DNA of 63,813 nucleotides, counting the filler, from Octopus bimaculoides (Eukaryota), in NCBI RefSeq assembly GCF_001194135.2. It is 8 parts of 8 records of this genome, joined end to end, with 100 filler letters (N's around TTAATTAATTAA, not from the genome) between each part and the next. Parts side by side here need not be neighbours in the genome. Positions count along the whole stretch, not along the records: positions 1 to 21,423 come from NC_069001.1; 7 more parts are not named here. The stretch is one strand, 5' to 3'. The position numbers and the translations under genes are program-made. Positions 1 through 13,141 of the stretch are shown here, in pieces (position 1 is the first letter of the stretch; each line of letters starts with the position of its first letter). The notes beneath the pieces were generated by a model. The model did no database searches. It saw nothing but the letters and a program-made list of their open reading frames with translations, and was not told the DNA's origin.

Positions 1-46
<46 letters not shown>

Positions 47-49
47 GCG

Positions 50-80
<31 letters not shown>

Positions 81-265
81 GTATGCCTGTATAAATACTT
101 ACGTATATATATATATATGTGTATCTATTTATATACGCATGCATATATAAATATATACGTAGATATATATGTATATATCCATGTATATATGTATGCATAT
201 ATAAATATATATATATACATTCTGTATGTACATATGGATGTATGGATGTATGTATGGATGTATAT
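1..265. repeat. (AT)n-rich microsatellite tract
   Basis: Near-perfect AT dinucleotide run degenerating into ATGT/ATAC variants. Confidence 0.9.
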
Positions 266-1287
266 ATGTAAGAATTAGCCTGCTCAGTTAGTCAAAGTGT
301 AACATCAAACCAAAGAACTCAACAATGTAACAGCTGGGTAAAATCGAACTTTTCATGAAGTCGAAAGCCTTTTCGAAGCTTTTATAAAAGTCGAAAGCGT
401 TCGATTCCTATATAAAATATTATATTGTATATATACATGCATATATATATATTTAACTTTGAAATATATGTAAATATATAATGATGGCATAAGCATATGT
501 TTATATGTGTAAGTATGTACGTATGGATGAAACCGATTAAGAATAACACTCTATACTGTGCAAAATTTTTAACAAAGAACCAAAAAAAGAATTTCAAATT
601 TTCCAAATTTTAAATAAATTTCAAAGATAACACATCAAAATCATTAAGAAATCGATAATATCAAGAATAACGTTTACATCACCACAGTTTACATTTTAGC
701 TCATATATATNNNNNNNNNNNNNNNNNNNNNNNNNNNNNNNNNNNNNNNNNNNNNNNNNNNNNNNNNNNNNNNNNNNNNNNNNNNNNNNNNNNNNNNNNN
801 NNNNNNNNNNNNNNNNNNNNNNNNNNNNNNNNNNNNNNNNNNNNNNNNNNNNNNNNNNNNNNNNNNNNNNNNNNNNNNNNNNNNNNNNNNNNNNNNNNNN
901 NNNNNNNNNNNNNNNNNNNNNNNNNNNNNNNNNNNNNNNNNNNNNNNNNNNNNNNNNNNNNNNNNNNNNNNNNNNNNNNNNNNNNNNNNNNNNNNNNNNN
1001 NNNNNNNNNNNNNNNNNNNNNNNNNNNNNNNNNNNNNNNNNNNNNNNNNNNNNNNNNNNNNNNNNNNNNNNNNNNNNNNNNNNNNNNNNNNNNNNNNNNN
1101 NNNNNNNNNNNNNNNNNNNNNNNNNNNNNNNNNNNNNNNNNNNNNNNNNNNNNNNNNNNNNNNNNNNNNNNNNNNNNNNNNNNNNNNNNNNNNNNNNNNN
1201 NNNNNNNNNNNNNNNNNNNNNNNNNNNNNNNNNNNNNNNNNNNNNNNNNNNNNNNNNNNNNNNNNNNNNNNNNNNNNNNNNNNNNNN

Positions 1288-1341
<54 letters not shown>

Positions 1342-2393
1342 GTATATATATAAATATACGTCTGTGTGTGTAAATCTATGTATATATGCATCTATATATA
1401 TGTATATATGTATGAAGTTGGTGCGCATATAATTGTGTAATTATGTGCGTATATGTACAGACACACACATATACATATATTTGTGTGTGTGTGCGTGTGT
1501 GTAGCTTTGTATGTATGTCCGTACCTTTGTAGGTATGTATATTATTTATATCTATTTATGCATACCTATACTAAAGATACAATAGTGTTCAATTTTAATA
1601 TTTTTTGATAAAGAATTTTCGTATTTCTTCATTAATTCTTTACATGTACTTTGGTGCAATAACGTTACGAGTCTCTTAACGTTTCAAAATCTTCTCGACC
1701 TAATTCTCTGACTTAACATATTGAAGTGGTTTGTTGTGATAACGTGTAGTTCGTAGTAAGCAGCAAGAGATATTGAAATAATAATAGAAATGATAATTCC
1801 TTCTAATAATTTCCTTTGTATATGGCATAGCAATTTACACATGACAGATAACATGCTACAAACAATTATAAAATATAGGATTTTCAAACAAACGAACAAT
1901 GAAATTTGGTACACTCATTGACTAAAGCAAGTACATTGGACATACATGCACTATGCTTTTCTGCTGATTGAATATGCATATACGAAAAAGAGGCATTGCA
2001 GCGAATCGTAATGCTGTAAAAATTGTGAAATATGCTGTATCACTTCAATCCGATAGATTAGTCTACAAATATACACACAAATTAATATTAGGCATTATTG
2101 ATAAATACTATGATGAGCATAACTCGTACCACACGTAAAATAATTTATTAAACTTCTTAGGAAAAATTCGATGTCGAAGAAAGGTGATATTGTACATAAT
2201 TACATACATTCAACAGCAACATACCACAATGTTTCATTGAGATGACGCCGAGAAACAGCGGAAATGTTAAAGGAAAAGGACTTTTATTATTGCAAAGGTA
2301 CAAAATGTTAAAAACAAGGAAATATAAAAATTATCAAAATAAAGATATTAAAACGAAAGAACGCAGTTGTTTCAGTATGCGTGCGTGTGTGCG

Positions 2394-2434
<41 letters not shown>

Positions 2435-4607
2435 NNNNNNNNNNNNNNNNNNNNNNNNNNNNNNNNNNNNNNNNNNNNNNNNNNNNNNNNNNNNNNNNNN
2501 NNNNNNNNNNNNNNNNNNNNNNNNNNNNNNNNNNATATATATATATATTATATTATATATATATGTATGTATATATATATATATTTGTATTTGAGATTGT
2601 TTGTGCATTTTAATTCACACAAAAACACGCATCGATATGAATATTTACACACACACACACACACACACACACGTGTATGTTTATATATATATATATATAT
2701 ACATACATGTATGTATATATGTCTATATGTGCATGTTTGTATTATGTATGTATATGTACAAACAGTGATACGCATATAGTTGCATACACAAACACACACA
2801 CCGACAGATACATGTCGCATATTTCATCTAGATATGTGGTTTTAACTTTGATCATATGTTTGATAAATTAAATGACGATTTTTTTTCCTGTTTTGTATTT
2901 GTTTTGTTTCTTGTTTTATTATACATTTCTGTAAACATTCACATATTTTTATACATTTGTATGAAAATTTATATACGAGTTTCGCACAGTTTGATAGATT
3001 ATAAATAGCTGTATATATGAACAGTTGTGTATATAAACTTTGTTATACGCAACACACACTTCTCCATCTTACACACGTGAGTGTGCACACGCAGATATCT
3101 ACGTACGCACACAAACACATAAATATATGTTAATGAGGATACGCTCGTTCAGACACATCTCGACAGAAGTTTATAGACATGAAATTATGAAGCGTGTATA
3201 ACGTCAAGTGTATATGTTGATATCGAAACACATCTCTAATCAAGTAAATGATGAGGAGACCACAAGCAAGAATATTAATTGGACTGGTTTTAAAAATCTG
3301 AAATCACAGTGCACTCATGGTTTACTGACAATCGAACCTTAAAATGTACACACACACACATACATACACACACATATTATTGTATCTAAATGTTCTCCTA
3401 TGAAGTGTAGGTATTCATTCAGAGTGTCTGTTGGGAACTGGTATATGAGGCAAACATTTTAATTTCTTAGTTCTCAGGAATGCAACTATTGTAAGGTCTT
3501 TTATTTTCTAGGGTATTGTTTTACTGTCGATGTAATGTATTACATAGTTTGTACTGTACATCTGGGTAACTTATTTGGAAACACTTCTGTATTTATGAAA
3601 GTTTTTGAGAGGTTTTGAAATCTACTTAGAATACAATAGAATATTTTCAAATTCGTTGTGATTTTAACTGCTATCGCCAAATCTCTATATGTTCACGAAC
3701 ACAATATGTTGGACCTGTTATTTTAAAGTATTTTATTAAATGGAATCGTTTGATTTACATATAGAGGGAATTATTGGCATTTAGTTTCATTTGGCTGTTA
3801 ACAGGTTCTCGTTTCATATTATTTTACAGACACTTTAGATTTCATCCAAAACTTTATATAAAAGTATGATAACATTCCAATCATTATCTTCTACAGGACA
3901 AGCTAAATATAAATATCTCCCATTTCTCTGATAGATGCATTGTTTCTTAAATTATTTATTTATAAAATATTTTACAGTTTAACTTGGCAACAAAGAACTG
4001 TTAACCTACAATTAATTTATTAATTTGAATATCCAGAAAGCGTTATGTATGCAAATTCAACCATTCCAGTTACTTGGAAGGAGCAGATTTATTAATCAAT
4101 GTCTGCACAGACAATTTTAGCGGGTTCATGGTTCCACATGGAATTGAATCTTGCTTGGTTGTTGCCTCTTTTTCTATCCACAAAATATTGTGCACTAAAT
4201 GAAGATATTTCAACTGTCAATTACATACTTTGCAAGTTAAAATTAGCAAACTTATTCTGTAATATGAGTGTGCGATTGTGTACACACACACACATACAAA
4301 CATGCATGCATATATATAAATATTTATATATGTATATAAACACACGCGGACACACGCACGCACACATAATCGTGTGGTGTAGGAGTTTGTGTGAGTGTGT
4401 GTATACGACTATAAAGAAAATCTAACATGTGTTAGATGCAGTAGTCTCGCATGCAGAGAAATTGCGTTAATTTTTTAACACTATTCATAAATAATGATAT
4501 TACTGCGACTGTTGTATTGGCTATCACATGTACATAAGCCGTTTGGTATGCATATTTTCCCACGTGGTTAAAGAAACTGCGTCGTCAAAGCATTTATTAC
4601 ATTACGG

Positions 4608-4676
4608 TAACAATTCATTTGAAATTCAACTCAGAGCAATGTTAACAATTCATTTGAAATCCAACGCAGAGCATGT
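4608..4676. repeat. Direct tandem duplication, 2 x ~35 bp
   Basis: TAACAATTCATTTGAAATTCAACTCAGAGCAATGT at 4608 repeated as TAACAATTCATTTGAAATCCAACGCAGAGCATGT at 4643. Confidence 0.8.
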
Positions 4677-6985
4677 GCCGGTTTCTGATCAGATGAAATT
4701 CGGAATCCTAACGGGAAAATATGTCGTTATGCCTACATATAGAAACTGATAGTACATGTGAGAAAAAAAAGAGGTTTAAAAGAGGTAGTAAAATGAGTTT
4801 TTATGGTGAGTGTCAGACAGTGTTTTGCCTGTTATTGTTTTACGGTAGCAGCTAATAACTTCTTAGGACGCACATATGCATGCGACTGGTTGGAATTAGG
4901 CTGCTCGGTGGAAATCTTCGAACATAGACCCACTCCCACACATAGGGATACGAATAGTAGAAACATTAGATAAATATGTATATGCATAGGTTGACATAAT
5001 CCCATGGATCGTGGAACGCCGTCTGACAGTTCTCGTGTTTCTCCTATGCACACCTATATATGCAAGGACCATCGAAAATTCAATAAATTATTATGTGAAT
5101 AGGTGCACATCGCCTGTACGCATCGATTGTGAACACGCATAACACACTGTCAGCAGAATATAATATATATAAAATATAGGTTAACTCTGATACAAATACG
5201 TGCGTCCATATATATATGCACGAATAAAACTAAACACAATAGCAATAATTTACTGTGAATAATAAAAGTATTCGTACAGAAGCATTCTACATAACACAAC
5301 ATAAAACACAGCCTGGAAATTTTGTGAGGTCAGTTCAAGTACTTATTCTTTTCTTCTATGCAAGTTAGTCATATCCATTGCAAAGCGTCAATTTTACTGA
5401 CTTTCTGCTGAAACGAATTTTAAGTAAAAATGCTTTTATTAATAGCGTTTTTTATGTTTATCATAACATATAAATTTCATAGGAATGCCTTTGACAAAAA
5501 CTTTACAGCATAATTTTTATGCATGTATATCAACTATAGCACACGCACATACAGTTACACATGCGCACACACACACATATAGACACTCAGACGATTGTGA
5601 ATGTATATATGTTGCAAAATCTATACATTGCTGTAGATTTAAATGTAGGTATATTTGCATATCTGAAAGTGTTTACATATATTTATGTAAGTGCACATAC
5701 TTTTTCATGCGTATATTTATACATTTTGCTCATAATTGAATTTTTATGCACAAGTGCATAAATAAACGCGCGTGCACGAATACACAAATAACCACACTTA
5801 CACACATATATTCGGAGTTAAAACTAGTCTTCAAATTTATACTCAAAATTTCGAGTTCTGTTGACATTACTCAAATCACGCGATAATGTGATTTGAATTA
5901 TGAGTGTTGTCTAACGCCCAGGATTTGTCTCATTGAATAGTATTAATAAATAGATTAACCGTAATAGCTTACACAAAAACACCTTAAACGTTCCCTGCTA
6001 CTTTATAGTTAGATCCCATAACAATTTCGCAGCAAAGCAATTCTCTCTGTAAAATCTTATTGTTCAGCAACAATTGATAAGAATGTCACAAACCTCTTCC
6101 AGACAAGTATTATTTTCATTCATATAACAATATGGCTACGTCTGAAAACCAATTTAAGGATACATTTTTATTGCTCTTATTTTAAGCCCCAGATGTATAA
6201 GTGTAGTGAAGTTTATCTCGTACATATGCTTATTATAATTTCCTGTAATTCTTATATTGTTCATTCCGAAAAGTATACATGACTGTTATGCATGTCATTC
6301 ACTATTTATTTACAGTGAATTATTCTGTTGAAGTTGCATTTCATGCTTGATTTAATATATTTCGTTGATTGGAAAGGTTCATCTTCTTTCTCTCTGTCAG
6401 GTTTGCGAGCTAAGCCCTATTAATATCATGTGTTTACTGAAGTCTTGATATTTGTTGTTATTGAAAAAATAATTTCTGATTAAAGTTAGTAAATATTTTC
6501 GAATTTACATTCAATATGGCTTCAATGGAAGTTTAGTCTTCCTTTTCTTTACCCACTATTTTTCCTGGGACGTTCATTTTCTTTCACGCACTATCCACAT
6601 TTCTTAAATGAACTTGCCATACTTATTAACACATCACTAAGTATATATGTATATCATTCCATCATTCGAAGTATGTATATATATATAATATATATAATTC
6701 CGAAGTTGAGGCGCTAAATACAACTTGAACATTTTCAATTAGAATGAGCGATTGAGTGACATGGAGCATTTTAGTAGCAACGAGTAAAATGGTGCACAAA
6801 TATCATCGAAATTTCAAAATTTCATATCACATCATCTGTACAAAATCTTTCATCGTTAACATTTCAAATCTGTTACAGAGTCTTAATGAACGTCGACAGA
6901 GCGGAAAACTCGAAATGCTGTTGGGAGAAAGTTTTAGCGTCGAATAAATACTTTACATGTATTAAGTACTATTTTACCTTTTTGC

Positions 6986-7043
<58 letters not shown>

Positions 7044-8051
7044 AACATTTACCCTCAGAATTTTTGATTCGGTCTTAATATTTGAAGAAATGTCTTCTTA
7101 AATTAAAAAGTATTAATTAGATTTTTTTAAAAAATTGGAAAAAGAACTTGACACGAACATTTTGGAAGGATGTTTACGAGTTATTTTTTTAGCGCTTTTA
7201 CCTTTTACAAATTCGTGTCATTCTCTTTTTCTAAGATTACTTTTAATGTAATTAAGAAATTTTAATTGAAGAAAATCTCTCTTCACACACACAGACACAC
7301 ACACATATGTATATTTCGACACACAAAATTGTACTAATGTACAAAAATTCTATCTTTTTCAAACGAACAGCATATTGTATGTAAATCTTTCCAAACAAGG
7401 TTTGATTATTTCTTCCCAGATTGTTGATCAACAGAATCGACAGGATCGAAATATATTTCTCAGAAAATGGTAATCATCTTGCTGATTGTCGAAACTTATT
7501 TGGTTAATTCAGTAAAAAAAAAAAAAAAAAATGTTAAGTTTCTGCTATCTGTTTTGTGATGAAATTTTTGTTATGTACTTACTGACAAAAACCCGTCTAT
7601 TTTTTTCTCTCTCTCTCCCTCACACACACTCACTATCTCCCTCACACACTCTCTCTCTCTCTCTGTCCCTCTCTTCCTTTCCCTTAATATATCCAGTGAC
7701 CTTATTCCCTTCTAAAGATTTATAGAATTAATCAAAACTGTTCAATGTTTTTGGTTATTATATGTTTTTTCTTTGTTTTGTTTAACGAAATGTATCTCTG
7801 TTTGGTTATGTCACATGAATATTTGTATACAGGATCAAGATTTTATTTACAGCGTTTCAAAAGGAAGGAGAATAAAACGGTAAGTAAAGCTAACCATCTT
7901 GACTATAAGTTGAAGACCTGAGAACCAATTGCGAACTTAAACCTACGTACTTTAGTCTGTATCAACAGTTTTTTTTTTGCCAGTGTATTTTTTGCTTTGT
8001 ACTTGTTTTATTGATTTATACTGTTGTTGTTATTATTCTATGGCGTAAATT

Positions 8052-8146
8052 AAGGCAGCGAACTGGGTAAAATGCTTAGCGGTATTCCATCCGTCTTTTA
8101 CGTTCTGAGTTCAAATTCCACCGAGGTCGCCTTTAAATTTAATCAT
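8052..8146 (+). mobile_element. SINE family A, 5' part (runs into gap)
   Basis: Matches the many other copies here (GCTTAGCGG...GTTCTGAGTTCAAATTCC.CCGAGGTCG); B-box-like GTTCAAATTC. Confidence 0.75.
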
Positions 8147-8687
8147 NNNNNNNNNNNNNNNNNNNNNNNNNNNNNNNNNNNNNNNNNNNNNNNNNNNNNN
8201 NNNNNNNNNNNNNNNNNNNNNNNNNNNNNNNNNNNNNNNNNNNNNNNNNNNNNNNNNNNNNNNNNNNNNNNNNNNNNNNNNNNNNNNNNNNNNNNNNNNN
8301 NNNNNNNNNNNNNNNNNNNNNNNNNNNNNNNNNNNNNNNNNNNNNNNNNNNNNNNNNNNNNNNNNNNNNNNNNNNNNNNNNNNNNNNNNNNNNNNNNNNN
8401 NNNNNNNNNNNNNNNNNNNNNNNNNNNNNNNNNNNNNNNNNNNNNNNNNNNNNNNNNNNNNNNNNNNNNNNNNNNNNNNNNNNNNNNNNNNNNNNNNNNN
8501 NNNNNNNNNNNNNNNNNNNNNNNNNNNNNNNNNNNNNNNNNNNNNNNNNNNNNNNNNNNNNNNNNNNNNNNNNNNNNNNNNNNNNNNNNNNNNNNNNNNN
8601 NNNNNNNNNNNNNNNNNNNNNNNNNNNNNNNNNNNNNNNNNNNNNNNNNNNNNNNNNNNNNNNNNNTATGTATGTATATATGTATGT

Positions 8688-8900
8688 TTGTGTGTCTGTG
8701 TTTGTCCCCCCCCCCAACATCGCTTGACAACCGATGGTGGTGTGTTTACGTCTCCGTAACTTAGCGGTTCGGCAAAAGAACCGATAGAATAAGTACCAGG
8801 CTTCCACAGAATAAGTCTTGGGGTCGATTTGCTCGACTAGAAGGTGGTGCTCCAGCGTGGCCGCAGTCAAATGACTGAAACAAGTAAAAGAGTTAAAAAG
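8688..8900 (+). mobile_element. SINE family B, 3' half
   Basis: CGCTTGACAACCG...AACTTAGCGGTTCGGCAAAAG...GGGGTCGATTTGCTCGACT...GAAACAAGTAAAAGAG; recurs at 11921, 29286, 30660, 31030, 51145, 56921. Confidence 0.85.
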
Positions 8901-9141
8901 TAGTGTCAGTACAAAATACTTTGCGACATACCTTCCCACTCTTTACATTTATAGTTCACACTTCACTGAATTCTACTTGTAATTTCATCTTTAAGTACCA
9001 GATATAGATGACTAAAATTACTGTCCTCAATAGTGCTGGCCTCGTGCGTAAATTAGGAGGTTTTGATGTTGATGGATTCGTATAAAAGTTAGTGTTGTTT
9101 ATAATTCCTTGCGCTATTTGATCCAGCTCTTTACGTTCAAA

Positions 9142-9489
9142 GTGGAGGCGCAATGACCCAGTGGTTAGGGCAGCGGACTCGCGGTCATGGGATCGCGGTT
9201 TCGATTCCCAGACCGGGCGTTGTGAGTGTTTATTGAGCGAAAACACCTAAAGCTCCACGAGGCTCCGGCAGGGGATGTTGACGAACCCTGCTGTACTCCT
9301 TCACCACAACTTTCTTTCACTCTTTCTTTCTGTTTCTGGTGCGCCTGTAATTCAAAGGGTCAGCCTTGTCACACTGTGTCACGCTGAATATCCCCGAGAA
9401 GTACGTTAAGGGTACACGTGTGTGTGGAGTGCTCAGCCACTTGCACGTTAATTTCACGAGCAGGCTGTTCCGTTGATCGGATCAACTGG
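9142..9489 (+). mobile_element. tRNA-derived SINE family C (3' end in gap)
   Basis: tRNA-like head with A-box-like TGACCCAGTGG and B-box-like GTTTCGATTCC; high identity along its length to 24164-24553. Confidence 0.9.
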
Positions 9490-10150
9490 NNNNNNNNNNN
9501 NNNNNNNNNNNNNNNNNNNNNNNNNNNNNNNNNNNNNNNNNNNNNNNNNNNNNNNNNNNNNNNNNNNNNNNNNNNNNNNNNNNNNNNNNNNNNNNNNNNN
9601 NNNNNNNNNNNNNNNNNNNNNNNNNNNNNNNNNNNNNNNNNNNNNNNNNNNNNNNNNNNNNNNNNNNNNNNNNNNNNNNNNNNNNNNNNNNNNNNNNNNN
9701 NNNNNNNNNNNNNNNNNNNNNNNNNNNNNNNNNNNNNNNNNNNNNNNNNNNNNNNNNNNNNNNNNNNNNNNNNNNNNNNNNNNNNNNNNNNNNNNNNNNN
9801 NNNNNNNNNNNNNNNNNNNNNNNNNNNNNNNNNNNNNNNNNNNNNNNNNNNNNNNNNNNNNNNNNNNNNNNNNNNNNNNNNNNNNNNNNNNNNNNNNNNN
9901 NNNNNNNNNNNNNNNNNNNNNNNNNNNNNNNNNNNNNNNNNNNNNNNNNNNNNNNNNNNNNNNNNNNNNNNNNNNNNNNNNNNNNNNNNNNNNNNNNNNN
10001 NNNNNNNNNNNNNNNNNNNNNNNNNNNNNNNNNNNNNNNNNNNNNNNNNNNNNNNNNNNNNNNNNNNNNNNNNNNNNNNNNNNNNNNNNNNNNNNNNNNN
10101 NNNNNNNNNNNNNNNNNNNNNNNNNNNNNNNNNNNNNNNNNNNNNNNNNN

Positions 10151-11340
10151 TAGTAATTTACCTTGACCTTATTCTTAGTGTAAGTTTTGAAGAGTCCAGT
10201 TCGATGTTAATAGTTGTTTTTTCAAAGCCATAATGGAAGAGACAAAGGAGCATATTCGGCATATTTTGCTTTACGAGTTCAATAAAGGCAACAACGCAAA
10301 GGAAAATGCGAGAAATATTAATGCAGTATATGGGGATCGGACAATAAGTGTAAGCCAGTGTCAACGGTGGTTCCAGAAATTCCGAACCGGAAACTACAGC
10401 CTAGAGAAGAGCCTCATCCTGGAAAGTATGTAAATCTCGACGAGGACGTCGTCCTGCAAACCCTGGTGGAACATAATCCCATCGTAACTGTTGAGGAACT
10501 AGTAAAGAAGCTTGGATTTGTTCATTCAACCATTCATCGACAGCTGCATGTCTTCGGAAAATTTTGCAAATTGGGTCATCGGGTTCCTCAAAAACTTTGA
10601 GTCTAACCGTGCGCATAGAGTGAATGTGTGCTCTTCTTTGCCGTCACGTCTCACAAATGAACCTTTTTTGAACTGAATAGGGACCGATGACGAGAACTGG
10701 GTGCTCTATAGATATGTTAAGCACCAAAGACAGTGAATAGGGAGAGAAGAAACACCGGCACCCCAAGCTAAAGAAGGCCTTCACGAACGTAATGTGTTGT
10801 CATCTATTTGTTGAGATATGAAAGGTTTTACACCACTATGAACTTTAAACCGAAATCAAGTGATAACAAATGAGATCTACTGCGAACAGCTTGAGCGGCT
10901 TAAGTCAGCGCTAGAAGTAAAACGATCATCTTTGCTTTCACGAGGCAAGATGTTCTTCCATCAGGATAATTACGCGGCCACATACAGTGAAGATGACACT
11001 GCAAAGACTGGAGTAGTTTGAATGGGAAACGATGCTCCACCCACCATATACGCCGGACATTTCCCCATCTGATTATCATTTATTCTGCAGTCTTCAAAAT
11101 CATATGGACGGAACAATATGAATTCTGTAGACGCGTTCAGAACAGTATTGGAAGTGTATTTTTCGTCACGGACAAGTGAATTTTGGAAGAGGGGCCTTGC
11201 AAGTCTATTAGATAGATTGAACAGCATTGTAGAAAATGAAGTAGAGTATATTTTAGATGAAAAAAGAACTTTGTTCGCCTTACTTTTGAATAAAAAAAGA
11301 GGTATAAAAACCCCGCATTATTTATGAGATGACTGTATAA
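10151..11340 (+). mobile_element. Mariner (Tc1/mariner, DD34D) DNA transposon, decayed; left TIR in gap
   Basis: Transposase remnants 10233-11258; candidate right TIR CCGCATTATTTATGAGATGACTGTATA at ~11313-11339. Confidence 0.93.
10233..11258 (+). pseudogene. Mariner transposase pseudogene
   Basis: N-terminal HTH MEETKEHIRHILLYEFNKG...QRWFQKFRTG; RVPQKL (WVPHEL motif); GTDDENW, FHQDN, HPPYTPDISPSDYHLF (YSPDLAPSD motif); C-terminal EYILD. Several in-frame stops and frameshifts. Confidence 0.95.
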
Positions 11341-11920
11341 TAATGGTTCACGGANNNNNNNNNNNNNNNNNNNNNNNNNNNNNNNNNNNNNNNNNNNNNN
11401 NNNNNNNNNNNNNNNNNNNNNNNNNNNNNNNNNNNNNNNNNNNNNNNNNNNNNNNNNNNNNNNNNNNNNNNNNNNNNNNNNNNNNNNNNNNNNNNNNNNN
11501 NNNNNNNNNNNNNNNNNNNNNNNNNNNNNNNNNNNNNNNNNNNNNNNNNNNNNNNNNNNNNNNNNNNNNNNNNNNNNNNNNNNNNNNNNNNNNNNNNNNN
11601 NNNNNNNNNNNNNNNNNNNNNNNNNNNNNNNNNNNNNNNNNNNNNNNNNNNNNNNNNNNNNNNNNNNNNNNNNNNNNNNNNNNNNNNNNNNNNNNNNNNN
11701 NNNNNNNNNNNNNNNNNNNNNNNNNNNNNNNNNNNNNNNNNNNNNNNNNNNNNNNNNNNNNNNNNNNNNNNNNNNNNNNNNNNNNNNNNNNNNNNNNNNN
11801 NNNNNNNNNNNNNNNNNNNNNNNNNNNNNNNNNNNNNNNNNNNNNNNNNNNNNNNNNNNNNNNNNNNNNNNNNNNNNNNNNNNNNNNNNNNNNNNNNNNN
11901 NNNNNNNNNNNNNNNNNNNN

Positions 11921-12090
11921 TGTGTGTTTCTGTGTCCGTGTTTGTCCCCATACCATCGCTTGACAACCGGTGCTGGTGTGTTTACGTCCCCGTAACTTAG
12001 CGGTTCGGCAAAATAGACCGATAGAATAAGTTCTAGGCTTACAAAGAATAAGTTCTGAGGTCGATTTGCTCAACTAAAGAATAAAAGAAT
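11921..12090 (+). mobile_element. SINE family B, 3' half
   Basis: Same body as 8688-8900, starting at a (TG)n tract next to a gap. Confidence 0.85.
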
Positions 12091-12127
12091 AAGTACTATA
12101 TTTTCCTCAAAATGTAAGGCTGGTTTA

Positions 12128-12545
12128 GGGTGGTGAACTGGCAGAGTTGTTAGTACGCCGGAGAAAATGCTTAGCGGCATTTCGTCCGTCTTTACATTCT
12201 GCGTTCAAATTCCGTCGAGGTCGACTTTGCCTTTCATCCTCTCGGGTCTGATAAATTAAGTACGAGTGAAATACTGGGGTCGATGTAATCGACGAGTACA
12301 CTTATCCAAAATTACTGGCCTTGTGTCCTTAGTAGAAAAGATTATATATATAAGGTCGGTTTAGTGCTGTGAACTAGCAAAATCGCTAGCGCACCGGGAA
12401 AATGCGTAGCGGCATTTAGTCCATCATTACGTTCTGAGTTCAAATTTCATGAGGTTGACTTCGCCTTTCATCTTTTCAGGGTCGGTAAAATAAATACCAG
12501 TAGGGCACTGGGGTCGATGTAATCGACTTGCCCCGCTCGCTTGAG
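12128..12545 (+). mobile_element. Two tandem SINE family A copies
   Basis: Head (GAACTGGCAGA..GTTAG.ACGCCG..GCTTAGCGG) plus core (AAGTAC...CTGGGGTCGATGTAATCGAC) occurs twice, at ~12128-12340 and ~12365-12545. Confidence 0.85.
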
Positions 12546-12569
12546 CTTGCTAGGTGTGGGCCAAGATTT

Positions 12570-12616
12570 GAAAACGGTTGACAAGCGTTGGTATGGGGAC
12601 AAACACGGACGGACGG

Positions 12617-12690
<74 letters not shown>

Positions 12691-12840
12691 GACGGGCTTC
12701 TTTCAGTTTCCGTCTGCCAAATCCACTCACAAAGCTTTGGTCGGTCCGTGGCTATAGTAGAAGACACTCGCCCAAGGTGCCACGCAGTAGGACTGAACCC
12801 GGAACCATGTGGTTGGATAGCAAGCTACGTACCACACAGC
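12570..12840 (-). mobile_element. SINE family B, 5' half with internal (CA)n
   Basis: Minus strand reads tRNA-like head GGCTGTGTGGTAC...GGTTCCGGGTTCAGTCC then GGCACCTTGGGCGAGTGTCT, followed by a long (TG)n. Confidence 0.9.
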
Positions 12841-13141
12841 CTAATGCATGTTTCATTATTTGAAATATATAATCGTTACCACACCGGACAAAATGTTTAG
12901 CGCATTTCTTCCGGGTCCTTTCACTCCGAGATCAAATACCACCGAGGTCGGCTTTGAATTTTATCCTTTGAGGGTCGTTCAAATAATCACAAGCTGAGAA
13001 CTGATATCAATGTTATCGACATCAGAATGTCAGGCTTTTTGCCCGTAGTAGACAAAACTAACCATACAGACATGTGCAAAACTAGGTATGCAATTGCTTT
13101 ATATATATGAGTGAAATGTTCTTTTCCTTCCTCTGTTTCTT

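Noticed and set aside
345-405. Cluster of TCGAA motifs resembling a heat-shock element
   Set aside because: Only one correctly spaced TTCnnGAA unit; no three-unit nGAAn array.
1684-1914. Hydrophobic 76-aa minus-strand ORF
   Set aside because: GTG start directly after a stop, no recognisable family; T-rich DNA yields hydrophobic ORFs by chance.
5871-5896. 9-bp perfect hairpin TCAAATCAC/GTGATTTGA
   Set aside because: A few such hairpins are expected by chance in this much AT-rich sequence; no supporting context.
9142-9215. tRNA-like sequences at SINE heads (also family A and B heads)
   Set aside because: They continue into SINE bodies and lack a complete cloverleaf; not tRNA genes.
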